From: Chiloscyllium plagiosum
Taxonomy: Eukaryota
Assembly (NCBI RefSeq): GCF_004010195.1
Contig: NC_057715.1
Location: 58,073,274-58,137,273, forward strand
Direction: 5' to 3'
DNA: 64,000 nt
Positions 49,850 to 63,150 of the stretch are shown one piece after another (position 1 is the stretch's first letter; every line of letters starts with the position of its first letter). The position numbers and the translations under genes are program-made. The notes beneath the pieces were generated by a model that was not told where the DNA came from, made no database searches, and was given only the letters and a program-made list of their open reading frames with translations.

Positions 49850-51400
49850 TAAGATTCAGATAAAAGTCACCTCAATCACTGAATATTTTTCTGACATGGA
49901 CAGTTTTTTTTAAAAAATAACTGACAGATCATTCAATCCTCATCTCTTCATCTTGCAGTAAAACACCACCTATACCAATGTCACTGGTATCAACGGCCAG
50001 TTTGAAAGACTTCTCATAACTTGGTGCAGCTAAAAGCAGTGGCATTTTCAGCACAGCTTTCAAGTTGTCAAAAACACTCTGACACTTTTGCATCCAATCA
50101 ATTTTTTGCATTTCTTCAACAACTTTATTCAAGGTGCAATAATAGTGCTGAAGTTTGGGACAAACTTGAGATAAAATCTAACCATGCCAACATAATACAA
50201 AATGACATGCTTTTTCCTAGACACTGGGAAATTTAAAACAGCCCATACTTACACTTCTGTATATGCTACTTGGCCTTGACCCACAGTGCAAGCCAAATAT
50301 GTCACTTTTGCTTTGGCAATTTCACTCAGCCAGGTTTATAATCAAATTGACTTTATGTAGCTAATCAAACTGCTCAGTCAAGTGTTGAAAGCCTTCTTCC
50401 AAGGTTTGTCTCGAAGCAACCAAGTTGTCAATGTAGACAACACAGTAACATTGTCCAAATGGCATGACTTTGTATTGATAACGGCCATCAAGTGTTACAA
50501 AAGCTGATATTTATTTGGCTCTATAAGTCAATGGAACTTGCCAATATCCCTTTAGAGAGTCACATTTTGTGATACATTGTTCTTGTCTAATTCATTCAAT
50601 ATAATCATTCAATCATGGAATAAGATTTTGTTGACACACTGACCTTATGATAATCAATGCAGAATTTTGTGACATTTCTTGCTTCTGCACCATTACAATA
50701 GGTGAGCCCCAGCTACTATGAACCTGTTCAATAATATTGTCCACTATGCACTTATTTTTTTTCACTTACTTGATCTAGTTTCACAGGATTGAGTCTGTAA
50801 GGATATTGTTTTATATGTGACACATTCCCTACATTATCATCATAAACAGTCAAAATCAATTTTCAAGCTGTATTCCCAGAAATTGATTTATAATTCTGTA
50901 ATAGCCACCATAAGTCAATTTTATACTTTTCTAGATGATAAATCATGATGCTATCTAACTTTTTAAGCACTTCTATATTATCCAAAATGATTACTGAAAG
51001 ATCAACTTTAGAATTTTCAATTTCTGAGTCACCTTTAAATTGTTCCAGTACTCCTATTTCCTTACTTCTTGCCTGACTATCATCTCTGTTAGATTACTAC
51101 TTTAACATGTTAACATGACACACTGACTGATTCTTTTATTTCTCTGCAGTACTTGCTACATACATAATTCACAGCAGTGAGTTTAGTTTTGATTTGATAA
51201 AGCCAGTGGATCTTTCTTTCAATGTCTCCCCATCTCCTTAACTCCATCAAAAACATTTCAAACTTTGGCTTTTTCATCTGTTCCAAATTTTATTGTTTTT
51301 GAGCACCCTTCAAATCCTATTTAGCCAACTCTGTGTTTTGGTCAGTTTCTCTCTGAAGTTCAAACATAGGCTGAAATCATAACCTCTGAACTTTGGTTTA
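49850..51400 (-). mobile_element. Gmr1-like Ty3/Gypsy remnant (integrase tail, then RT, then RNase H)
   Basis: Minus-strand order: VCHVNMLK (about 51100-51125); PYRLNPVKL; WGSPIVMV; CIDYHKV; DSLKGYWQVPL; YKVMPFG; CVVYIDNL; then FKLAVDTSDIGIGGVLLQ. Confidence 0.85.
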
Positions 51401-51467
51401 TTGATGTTTCTCATTCTGCGTTAGAAAGCAATCGGACGAAAGGAAATGGGACACCAAAATGACTTTC

Positions 51468-52199
51468 TGTTATTCTGAATGCTGGAATTCAATCATCGTC
51501 AAAAGGAATCAGAATTACAAGACTTCAAACCTAATAGCAAAACTAAGGATTGTGAAGCTGACTGTTCAACTACCAGTGTTAACACTGCCTCCAATGTTCC
51601 ACTACCCACTTTTCACAAATAAGTCGCAGACTGATCTGTGTTTCTGTTTTTTCTTTAATGTCTAGTTTTTTTCTGGACTCACCTCACATTTCCAATCCAT
51701 GTGTATGTGTGTTGCAGTACTAATTCTTCTTTTGTTTAGTAAACTCACTCTCTGAGTTAACTCAAGAATGCCTAGTTAAATTGGCATTTAGAACATAGAA
51801 CATTACAGCGCAGTACAGGCCCTTCGGCCCTCGATGTTGCACCGCCCTGTCATACTAATCTGAAGCCCACTCCACCTACACTATTCCATGTACGACTTGA
51901 ATGCACTTAAACTTGGCGAATCTACTACCGTTGCAGGCAAAACATTCCATACCCTTATTACTCTCTGAGTAAAGAAACTACCTCTGACATCCGTCTTATA
52001 CCTATCTCCCCTCACTTTAAAGTTGTGTCCTATTTAAAAGCATAAATTTATTTTGGTCTTGGAGAAAAGTATTCACAAGGAAAATGATCCTTATTTAGTC
52101 TTATTCGAACTGAGAGATAGGTGAATAAGAAGGGGATCCATGTCATCCTTCCTAAACTAGGAGTTTAACAATTTGTGGTATCCATCTGGAACCGTAACA
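51468..52199 (+). mobile_element. Probable solo LTR with a nested CR1 3' end (about 51789-52030, minus strand)
   Basis: Begins TGTTAT and ends CGTAACA. The insert has a TAGAACATAGAACA tail and CAGGCCCTTCGGCCC. Confidence 0.55.
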
Positions 52200-52439
52200 A
52201 ATTGGCAAATGGTTCATGTGTTTTTGAATAATAAGATGAATTCATGGCAATGAATCTACCTGAAGTATCTGAAATTATTCCAGTGGACATGACATGGATT
52301 CCTTTCCATTGTGATTGATGGTTCCCTTAACCATGACCGTTTTGTTTCCCACAGTCCCATTCTCATTGCTTGCTTTCCCTTTGTAAATCTTGACAGCATT
52401 CTCTTGGTCTTCCCCTTCTGCACCACTATATCCGACATT

Positions 52440-53545
52440 TAAATAATCATCCTTCACTAACTACAATGCAATGTCACTCTCAACCCTATATTTCCCTCAC
52501 CCACACTTTCAGCAAGCTAAAGAGAACCATTCCTTCCACTTGATTCATTCTTCTGTCATACTCATCCCTTTGCCCTAACACTTTCACAAATAAGCACATC
52601 ATGTGACGCCTGCTCGTTCAGCTTTCCCCTTTCTAATAACTAGATGAAACAGCAAATTTACTTGGATATCTACCAAATTAGTAAATCAAAATCTTTGCTT
52701 GCTATGTGGTTTCCTTAATGTTGGGAAGGCCCAATGATGACTGATAGATTGTTTTGCTGAGCACTTACATTTAGTATCCCTGATATTCAAACACTGCTCT
52801 CTGCCTCCAACGTTGTTCCAATGAATTTCAAAGCAAATCCTAACATTGAGATTAATTTTGCTGGTACAACTAGATAAAAATATTGATAGAGAATCATCAA
52901 CACTGTTTCATTCTCCCCTGATTCTTATGTTCATTGAAATCAAAAGAAATTGAAATGAAAGAAGCAAGATAGACTACAAACTTGCTATCACCTGTTTTCA
53001 CTTTCGCAAGCAAAGACAAAACACACACAATTGAGTTTACACTCTTTAGACTTAGTCCATGGCTCAATTTTCCTTTGTGTATGTGCTGGTCAGACAAGGA
53101 AGCTTTTCCATAATTATAGTACTTGAGATGGGAATCCCTGATTGATACATGGCTATAGGGTCACACCGCAATGGTCTACTCACTTTATTCTACCACATTG
53201 TCAGCCATGGGAACTTTCTTCTCTATGCCAGACCTTCAAAGCTTCCCTCCTTCAATCCTCCTGTAACTATTTATTCAGTCTCTGGACTTATGTTTGTTTC
53301 TATACTTGTCATATGATCACAATCTTCTATTTTGAATTATCATTATTTTTAATCATGTGATCATTCTTGCTCACTATCTCAGTTTATTCCTTCCCCTGCC
53401 CAGTACCTCCTTAACATATATTTGTATCTAACATCTTTCATTTATGATAAAAGGGCATATTGAAACATTAACATTGTTTTTTTCTCTCTCCACAGATATT
53501 GTCTGACCTGCTCAGTGCTTCCAGCATCTTCTGTTTATATTACAA
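52440..53545 (+). mobile_element. Degenerate Penelope-like element (GIY-YIG region, 3' UTR, terminus)
   Basis: Decayed FPSP.LSA, CLLCGFL.VG and DCFAEHL motifs; terminal CACAGATATTGTCTGACCTGCTCAGTGCTTCCAGCATCTTCTG at about 53490-53535. Confidence 0.6.
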
Positions 53546-54292
53546 ACACATTTTGTCCTAGCACAATAAAGTTGGTCTATCTCATTGATAAACAATTATT
53601 GAATATTTCTGCCATTTCACAGTGACCATCAAAGAATTTGCATTGACCAATCGTGGTCTTATATAACTATTTTGTTCAATGTACCTTGATAACCTAATTT
53701 CATAATTCCTCTTTGCCTTTCTAATTGTTTCTTTTATTGACTTCTTTTGCAGTGCTGTTTCTCTTGATCTGTTTCTATTTTTATTTGTTACTTTCTCCCT
53801 GCCGCCCATGTACTTAAAATTTATTCTATTCCTTACTCATAATTTTTCCCTTGCATCTTTATTCTTCTAAAAAGACTCATTTATGGTTCTTTTTTTCTTG
53901 CATTTTAAAGGAATATATTTTTCTTGAGCTCTGCTGAACACCATTTTAAATGTTTCTGATCACTGTTAAGCACCATTGTCTGCCAGCTTGTACATTTTAT
54001 TTTCTCAATTTCTAGCCTCAACCCCACAAAGTCGATTTTTCTTCAATTTGTCATATATAGATACTTTTCTATTTTTGTCTAAAAATGTATATTATGGTCA
54101 CTATTGCCTAAATATTTCCTTTTTTCTAAATAAAATTAAATTTGTGCATAATTTTAAGTGTTAAACCTGGTACTAAATTAAGTTTTATTATAAAGACAAT
54201 AAAAAAGATTAAGTAGAATCTGAATCTTTGCTCCGAGCAAACTCAACCTATGAAAAAGGCAGAGACAAGACAATAAAATGAATTCACATTGG

Positions 54293-54625
54293 GATTAGAT
54301 TAGATTCCCTACAGTGTGGAAACAGGCCCTTCAGCCCCACAAGTCCACACCGACCCTCCGAAGAGTAACCCACCCAGACCCATATGCCTACTCTATATTT
54401 ACCCCTGACTAATAGACCTAACACTAGGGGCAATTTAGCATGGCCAATTCACCTGACCGGCACAGCTTTGGATTGTGGAAGAAACCAGAGCACCCGGAGG
54501 AAACCCACGCAGATACGGGAGAATGTGCAAACTCCACACAGACAGTGGCCCGAGGCAGGAATCGAACCCAGGTCCCTGACGCTATGAGACTGCAATGCTA
54601 ACCACTGAGCCACCATGCCACCCTA
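54293..54625 (-). mobile_element. HE1-type SINE
   Basis: Full reverse copy with GATTAGATTAGATT tail. Confidence 0.92.
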
Positions 54626-54652
54626 AAATTTAATTCTCTTCTGATTAAGTTT

Positions 54653-54915
54653 ATTAGATTCCCTACAGTCGGCCCAATCAGTCCAAACCGACTCTCCGAA
54701 GAGTAACCCACCCAGACCCATTTCCCTCTGACTAATGCACCTAGCACTATGGGCAACTTAGCATGGCCAATTCACCTGGCCTGGAGGAGGAAACCCACGC
54801 AGCCATAGGGAGAATGTGCAAACTCCACAGAGACTGTCACCTGAGGCTAGATTCAAACCTGGGACCCTGGTGCTGTGAGGCAGCAGTGCTAACCACCGAG
54901 CCACCGTGTCGCCCT
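54653..54915 (-). mobile_element. HE1-type SINE with internal deletions
   Basis: Second reverse copy directly adjacent to the first. Confidence 0.88.
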
Positions 54916-56879
54916 AAATCAAATTTCAACATCTGCCACAGGGGGACTTAAACCCACAACCCAGCAAATAACCTAATGTTCTGTACTACAAGTCTAGTGA
55001 CTTACCACTACGCCACTGCCTTAATTGTATGTATAATTTTCATGTAGTATATTACCTTCATGTTTAAGTGGATTTGAAAATTGTGTTAGATGTCTAAGTA
55101 GAATTCTTACAGTACATATCTGGCTACATTGATGTACACAACCACCATTATTTCTAGTTGGAATCATTAATATATCAGTTATATCGAGATAAATTGACTA
55201 TTTCAATTATCCTACACTGTATAATATTGTACCCATTACTGTAATGTAAACTAAGATTTATTCTTATAATAAAATACTATTAAGCAATTGTTAATCAGCT
55301 AAAGACTCACATTTAATGCTTCGAAGACCCACAGACAAATAAAAATAATCTAGAATGCTTAAGTCTGGATTTTATTTACTGATAATGGTGAATAATGATA
55401 ATGATACACTTTTGTAGCTATATTTAATCCTGCTGTAACTTTGCTCATCTGAAAACTCCTGAAGTGGAAGAAATTCCAGTTTAGGACCAAGCCTACAGCT
55501 AGTACTAAATCCCTATAATGATTTAAAACCTCTAATTAGGATTTAGTGTAACAGTTTATTTAACTGAATAAATTTACCTTTCAAGGGTGGAAGGGATGGG
55601 GAATAGAGAAAAGGCAGTAGAACCATTAACACTTTTACCGTTCATATTTCCTTTGGTTCATTCCCCATTACTGGATCCAACAACAGATTTTCTATATGTA
55701 GGCTCCATATATCCTCAAATATATGTATGAAGAAGGAGTCTAGTATATAATGTAGGTAACCCATTCCATTATCCTCCCTCTTCTCAACAATAAGTTTTAG
55801 TACAATTAAACTTCCTTCAGATTATACTTCTATCTTTGTAACTCATTTCAATAATTTGTTTGTAGAGTTCTTCCTCTTTTTTTTCCTTCCATCAGGTGGT
55901 CTCTAGACATTGGTGAATTAGATCATTTATTACATCTAAGTAGATTCCATTTTGATCTTTCTAATGGCTGCATTTTTTAATGATTACTATATCATCGCTA
56001 GTGAGTATAATAACTCCACATTCTTATTCTCCTCTCTATCTTTTCTAAATATATTGCTGCTTTGCATTGTTTAAATCCCAGTTTGTTTTCTGTAACCAGT
56101 AATTCCTAAAACATTCAGTACCTTACCATATATCATTCTCTCCAGTGCCCATGCATTTTTTTCCAGAAAATGTGTGCTATGCTGTACAAACAGTTTGTCA
56201 AATTTTAATAGCAGATGTTCTCACTTTATTTATAGCAATCTTTTCATTCTTTTGCTCTGTAACTATTTATTCCCTGGTCATTTGTGTCCTTCCTTAGTTT
56301 ACACTGTCCTACACTCTCCTTTTCTATTTCAGTTACATTTTAGTTTGTCTTATTTCTTATCGATCCCTACTCCTACCCTACTGTTCCAAAGCTAAGGGTA
56401 GTTTCCTGTCTTTCCAATAGATCACTGGACCCACTCATGTTCTGGTGGAACTTAGTCCATTATTCCAGTTCTCCCTAACCCAACACTAGTGCTGATATCC
56501 CATATATCAGATTCCTCTTTTTCCACATTTCTATTTTCCAAAGATTATCATCTTGCACAAATTGGCAGTCAGCTCCTTTTTTTAATGGAATCGTGGAATA
56601 AAATCATAGAATTTCTACAGTGTGGAAGAAGGCCATTTAGCCTATTGAGTCCACACTGACCCTCTGAACAGTATCCCACTCAGACCCATCCCATATCCTC
56701 TCCCTGTAATCTTGCATTTCCTATGGCTAATCATCCTAGCCACTTTATAAAAGGAGAGAGCTCCGCATTTCTGATAAGAGATTGCAATCCAAGCTCTTTC
56801 TGAAATACAGAGATGTACATCCCCTCTGACAATTCTTTCATAGCGCTGAATTATTAGGGAAGGCTACCCACTCTTTTCA

Positions 56880-57655
56880 AGGATCAACCATCAAATGCCA
56901 AAATCTAAAGGTTCAGAGTCACAGGCAGCTACTTTGACAGCTGTGCTCAAGTAGTTCAAGACATCTCTGCAGGTGTTCCTCAGGTTAGTGTCCTTGTCCT
57001 AATCATCTTCAACCACCTCATCAATGACCTGCTCGCCATCGTAAAGTCAGAAGTACAGATGTTCCTTGATGATTGCACTATATTCAGCAACATTTGTGAC
57101 TGCTCAGATAATTCAGCAGTCCACATTCAAAGCAACAAGATCCAAAAATATCCAGATTTGAGTTAAAAAGTGGCAACTAACAATTGTACCAAACAAATGC
57201 CAGGCAATAGCTATCTTCAATAAGAAAGAATCGAACCATCATCAATTGACGTTCAATAGTGTTACCAAGACTGAATCCCCCAGTATCAATACTTGGGAAT
57301 TGGGTGTTACCATTGACCAGACACTGAACTGGTCTAGAAATATAAATACAGCATCTATAAGAGCAAGTCAGAGGCTAAGAATACCATAGTGAGTAACTCA
57401 CCTCCTGAGTCCGCAAAGCCTGACCACCATCTGCAAAGCACAAGTCAGGAATGTGATGGAATGCTCCATACCTGCCCAGATGAGTCCAACTCCAACAGCA
57501 CTCAAAACATTTGAGACCTTCCAAGAGAAGGCAGCCCATCAATTGACACCACATCTCCAAATACCAACTCCCTCCTCCACCAATGCTCAGTAGGATCAGT
57601 GTGTATCATCTACAAGATGTGTTGCAGAAATTGTCCAATGCACCTTAGACAACAT
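56880..57655 (+). mobile_element. Old CR1/L2-group LINE RT remnant
   Basis: ISAGVPQVSVLVLIIFNHLINDL...MFLDDCTIF...KWQLTIVPNKCQA. Confidence 0.8.
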
Positions 57656-58165
57656 TAAGGAGTTTGGGTCTTGGGGTGTGAGTTGGGAAGCAAAAGTAGG
57701 TGGAGTCTGGAGCAGGGCTGGGGTGGTCGAGGATCTGCTGAAGTCAGGGATGAGGTGAATGGATCCAGAATAGGGTCAGGGGTTTCAGGTCTACCAGTGG
57801 TGGAAGGAGATTGGGTTCAGAGTTGGGAAAAGGGGTTTTGAATCTACAGTGGGGCAATATATGGTCAGGTCCAGAGCAAAGGGTGGGGGGTTCAGTCCAG
57901 TGGTTGAGGATTAGGAATGAATGAGGTAAGGAAAATGTCAATTGAACAGTTACTAAGAAGTTTATGCATTTAACAGTCTGACTTTTCCTGAGTAACTATT
58001 TACCTCATGTCATTGGAACCATCCAAACACCCCCGTTTAGGAGGGTTCCAGGTGCACAGGAATTTCCCAGGCAATTCCTTTGGAGTCTGCTGTGATAGGT
58101 CTCAATGCCCAACTCCTATCTAGGCTGAAATAAAAACTGCTCAGCCATCAGAAAATTCAAGCCAT
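57655..58165 (+). repeat. G/T-rich non-autonomous element
   Basis: G-rich tract, then ACTTTTCCTGAGTAACTATT, ending GAAAATTCAAGCC (Harbinger-like terminus). Confidence 0.5.
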
Positions 58166-58639
58166 AAATCATCTGATCTGTAAAGCATGATCTGACTTAA
58201 TATGTCTGCAAAATAAATTCCCACAAGAATGTCACCCTGTCAAAGCCAAGCCTTACAGAAATGTGCATGGCAACAAACTAAGATTTCATAACCTCAGTCT
58301 GAGCTTTCCCTGTTGGACTCTGTCATTAGATAGCTTCTGTCTGCACTGCATAGGATGCTAAGGTACTTGGCAGACACTGTATCATGTTGGAAAATGGTTT
58401 GGAATGACAGTGACCATGAAAGGGATATCTACTTAACAGTCTGGTGTATTCTTAATCTTAGACTTATTTTTCCTAGTCCCCTTAGTGTCAATTCAGTTGA
58501 AAGTCACACAACTCCAGGTTATAGTCCAACAGGCTTATTTGAAATTGCAATAGTGTTGTTCTCCCCTCGATCTCTAACTGAGACTTTTCTTATTGAGTGT
58601 CTGTTTTTGTTAAGGTTATATCATTGATCACATCCCTGA

Positions 58640-59325
58640 CTGATTTACATTAATCTCTTACTCCAGAAAATGCCAGTGTTCTGGAGTTGGCCACCAGCTG
58701 AAAAAAGTTGATTTCAAACACTTTGCAAAGCCCTGTGCTAAGCTGGATTACAATTCCTCCACATTCCTTGACAGTGACTTTTTAACAGGCCTGCAACTGC
58801 ATCAAGCATAAGTATGAATCTTTCTCAGCATGCTGCCCTAACAAAGTCCTCATTTGAATACTCTGTACTAGTGTACATGTGCCTTCTATGGAGCTAGCAC
58901 AACATTATCCTCTCCCCTGGTTGCAGATCAAACATGCCCAGTGACTGACCCTTCAGTATATATTTGCGAGTTTCAGAGCTGGTGGCTAGTTATATGAGAT
59001 CATGTGACATTGTTTTATCTTCATTCAGTTCCTATTTAACTTGGACTTCATATTCTCATATAAATGACTAAATGCAGATAGAGTTGATGCAATCCATAGC
59101 TTGTAAATTGAAAGGAACTGTGGAATGAGGGGTAAGTAAAATTTGAAATGTTCCCTAAGTAAGAATATACCATCATCTTCAATGGTATGAGTGTCATCAA
59201 TGCCCATGGCCTCAAGTATAGTCACTCCAATGGTCAAAACCACTACATCCATGAGGGTGAGGACCTATGGCTGCATCTGGCCCCAGCCAGTTGGGTGGTG
59301 CTATCTTCAGATATAGCTGTCCTAC
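58640..59325 (-). mobile_element. Harbinger Myb/SANT ORF remnant, downstream exons
   Basis: Acceptor CTTTCCTCTATATTGTAG, then ...TGWGQMQP*VLTLMDVVVLTIGVTILEAMGIDDTHTIEDDG|GT, resembling TGGG....VLTPMEE.VL. Decayed low-complexity coding sequence follows. Confidence 0.6.
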
Positions 59326-60720
59326 AATATAGAGGAAAGCATGAATCAAAATAATGGGTTTGGGTTAAATATGCATTGTGAACCCCTCACCCCATCCTGC
59401 CAATTCCAATTCTTCCCCCTACATTTGTTACAGACAATGAAGATTTCATTTCCATTTGTTGGCTGATATAATTTGTGTTTCAAATTTAAAAATGGCAATG
59501 CCAAAGCAGCTCATCCTTTCAAAAAAATTTTGTGCAATCGTGAAGACAATTATTACCATTTACCATAATATTTATGCCAGCAGGAAAATCCTCTTCTCTA
59601 AACTGTTGAGATGTTAATTTTCTTGATTATATCTGAAGTCTATTTTCAAGATGTAAACACCTGTGATAGTATAATATTACCGTGGAAAGAAAAGAATGGA
59701 AAGTCAGTGAAACCTTCCACAAATGCTTCCAGAATTGGCATTTTTAAAGATAAATCAATTAGTTATCCTATCAACTTTGGACTAAATGTCCAAACCTGAA
59801 AAATATCAAGGTTGTATGACTTACTAATATGTCTGTCATTGATGGATGATGTTTAATTAACCTCAGCTAGGCAGGTACAAGTGGAAGTTTCACTTCTAAC
59901 ATGATGGAAAAGGGAGAAATATATCTATTATCATTGTCATTACATCTCAGAATGGTGATAATTGAGAGAAAGTAACTCCAAAATATTCCTCCAATTGTTG
60001 AAGAATATTGTTCTGATGAAGGGAGGTTCCAGGAATAATTTAATGTATCATCAAACCACAGAAATGGCATTTTATTACAATTTTAATTTTAAAAGTTGCC
60101 TGAATGTCTCCACGGTGAAAACAGTCACATTGAAGAAGAAATTTACGGTTACAATTTATGAAATTTCACTCTGAATGGGGAGCTGTGATCTTAGAAGAAA
60201 TGATAGGTCAATATGTTTCAGGCAAAATACTCTATTATCAAGTAGAAGAATGACTGAGCCAAGTGAAAGAGCTAGTTATATAGTGAAGGACAGGAAGGGG
60301 TCTAACTACTGATTGGTCAGGCAATTTGTGGTTGTAATAGGTCAGTGCAAATTAACATTTTTGCTGCCCACCCAAAACAAAAAAAATTACGGTGATTATG
60401 AATATGAACTTGTCTTCATGAGGAGACAGGGCATGGCATTCATTAGGCTCAAGGAGCATCAAACCTCCTTCAAACAAAATGGGACAAATCAGCAATTGAC
60501 AAACATACTAAACAATTCTGCAATTCAATTTAAATAGGTGCAAAAGCTTAAAAAGCCCAACTTGCAATTCCAAAATTGACAGTAATGCCTTGCAATCTTT
60601 GAATGAAATGAAATAAATCTGAGGTACTCTGACAAGACACAGATCCTCTCAATACACTGAAATAAAAACAGGAAGTGCTACAGAAAGTCAGCAGGTCAGT
60701 AAAGAGAAAAACTTTTCCAC

Positions 60721-60758
60721 GTTAATATTTCAAGTCTGAGATGACTCTTCTTCAGAAC
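60721..60758 (-). ncRNA. Minimal hammerhead ribozyme motif at a PLE terminus (family C)
   Basis: GTT-CTGAAGA-A-GAGTC-ATCTCA-GACTT-GAAA-TA-TT-AAC; stems I and II both pair. Confidence 0.62.
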
Positions 60759-60799
60759 TGAGTGAGTAAATGAATGAGAAATTAGATCAGTGGGTTAAT

Positions 60800-61250
60800 G
60801 AGTGAATGATAGTTAGCTCAGGGGAGTAACTGGGTCTGCTCAGGGAGGAGAGGATAGTTTGGTTGGGTTAGGTCAGGTTGCAGAAGTGGCAGTAGGATAG
60901 GGCTGTGTTGGTGGGGAGTTAGTTGGGTTGGGTTAGATCACATTAGATCAGGAAGAAGAAGGCAGGTGGGGAGCATCGTTAGCTTAGGAGGGGATGTGGT
61001 CACATCAGGTTGGATTGTTGAGTTGGGGTGGGGTGAGGTGATGATTGGGGAAGCTAGTGTCAGTTAGCGGGGTGCTTAATTTACCTATCAAGTCCAAGTC
61101 TTTGAGCCTGAGCTCATACATTCCACAGTGTTCAGCCACTGCAAATCAGTCCATTTGAAGTTTAAACTTCCTTGGCCAATTCAATACATTTGTGTGAACT
61201 TTGATGTCTGCAGGGTCCCAATACCCCTCATAGACTTAAGTCTAGGTTTC
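60800..61250 (+). repeat. G/T-rich non-autonomous element
   Basis: GGTTGGG/GGTCAGG tract, then GAAGTTTAAACTTCCTTGGCCAATT, similar to the other copies. Confidence 0.45.
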
Positions 61251-61499
61251 ACCATTTCAATCATTAAAGATTAAGACCATCATATTATATTGTCTCATTG
61301 GATGCTCTTAATTACAAGAGTATTTCGAAAATCCTGCCAGGTAAAATATGCAGAGACCTGTAATTCTGATTGTCAGCATTAAGAAGGAAGTTGACAAACT
61401 GGAAAAATACATGAAATAATAAGAAAATTGAGGAATAAACATCAAATTATATCTCTATACCATCAAATGCCAAATGCTTCACAACTGACTCAGAAATAT

Positions 61500-61770
61500 T
61501 GAAGTGTAGTTGCTGATGTGATGGAGGAGAGATGGCATCCAATTTATACACAGCAGAGATACCATAAACAGCAATGTGATAATCTATTTACTTAGCAAAG
61601 AACATTAAAGGATAAATATTGGCTGTAAAAACACTTCACCACTCGTCTTGAGACATTTTGTATCTAACCCAGAGTGTAGAAGGGATGGCAGCTAAACAAA
61701 AAGATGTCAGTTTTGACAGATCAGTGCTTAGTGCTGCATTGGAATATCAGCATAGATTTAGTTTGTATAT
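61500..61770 (-). mobile_element. Probable DeuSINE (SacSINE1/AmnSINE1-like) remnant
   Basis: ACAGCAGAGATACCATAAACAGCAATGTGATAAT...GGATAAATATTGGC...CTGCATTGGAATATCAGCATAGATT resembles a reversed Deu-domain SINE. Recognised by eye. Confidence 0.5.
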
Positions 61771-62983
61771 TCCCAGAATGATATTCAAAATCAGGGGCAG
61801 GCCATATAAAGTAGATAGGGAGGAACTTGCCAAAAGATCAAGAGCCAGAGGACACAGATTAAAGCCATTTGCAAAAGAAACAAATTAGGGTAAGAAAAAT
61901 TATTTTCACACAGCAAGTAGTTTGGTGAAGAGTGCACTGCTTGGAAGTATGATGGAGGCAGGTTCATTTAATGCATTCAAGGCATTAAACAATTATTTGG
62001 CTAATAATTTACAAGGCAAGGTGGAAAAAGCAGAAGATTGGCAGTAGGTAATGAAACTAATTTGATGAGTCAGCACAGACGTGATTGGTTGAATTATGTT
62101 GTTCCATATCACAACACTTCTGTGAAGACCACACTTTCTGACTCAGAAGTGATACTTCTAGCAACTGATGACCACTTAGTTTCTCTCTGAGTGGTCATCC
62201 CTGAACTTCTGCCTCAGTCAAGGTATGACATCCAGAGAATCCCAGGGGAAACTAGTGATGAATGACACTAACTTTATGCATCTGCACATGGTCCAGTGAT
62301 TGATGTTCAAATCTCCATGGGTCAGACTGAACTCATTTTGTTAAATGGAGATTAGGGAGGTGATGATCCTGGTAATGTACCTGTAATTGCAGTCTTCATC
62401 ATAACTGCTGTATTGCTTTCCAAGTAAAGGCTAACTTCCTCAATGTCAAGCAGAATAGCAGTCTGTTCCTGGACTGTGAAAAAAATGAAGTAATACATTT
62501 ATATTGTGACTTTCATGATCTCAGGACATCCTGAAGTATTGTACAGTACAGGTCACATTTTGAGTTGTGCACTAGCCACTAGCACAGCATGGCATTTTTT
62601 TTGACATTCCTCTTCAATGCAGATCACTACAAATCAGCAGTACACCTATGCTTTCACAACCTACACTTGCTACCAACAAGGCTGTGCAATGAACTGCAAA
62701 AGCAAGGGAAAATTGAAAAATGCAAAGTTCTGACCATCTTCATATTCAGTTTCATAACTTCAAGGTTGATAATTCAGTTGTCATTTCAAATAAATAATTC
62801 CCACTGAAAGTGTCTACACTCCAATTTTTATGCTATTAAAGTCAAAACCTTTAATGGCTGCAGCATTCTTCTGATCAAGCATGATACATATTTTTTGTAG
62901 TGTTACAACACAAATGGTGAGGAAATAATGAATATGCATAAAAAGGATAGAATTGGTGCAGAGTATTGCAAAGTCTCATTTTA

Positions 62984-63150
62984 AGGTTAGGTGAATTGGC
63001 CTGCTAAAATTGCCTGTAGTGTGAGGTGCATTTGTCAGGGGTAAATGTAGGGGAATGGGTCTGGGTGGGTTGTTCTTCGGAGGGTTGCTGTGGACATGTT
63101 GGGCTGAAGGACCTGTTTCCACACTGTAGGGAATCTAATCTAATCTAATC
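62984..63150 (+). mobile_element. HE1-type SINE 3' half
   Basis: GGTTAGGTGAATTGGC...CACACTGTAGGG(AATCT)n. Confidence 0.88.

Noticed and set aside
62165-62199. CTGATGA followed by a stem-loop, resembling a hammerhead
   Set aside because: No GAAA box follows the stem, and the CTGATGA is itself paired in the hairpin.
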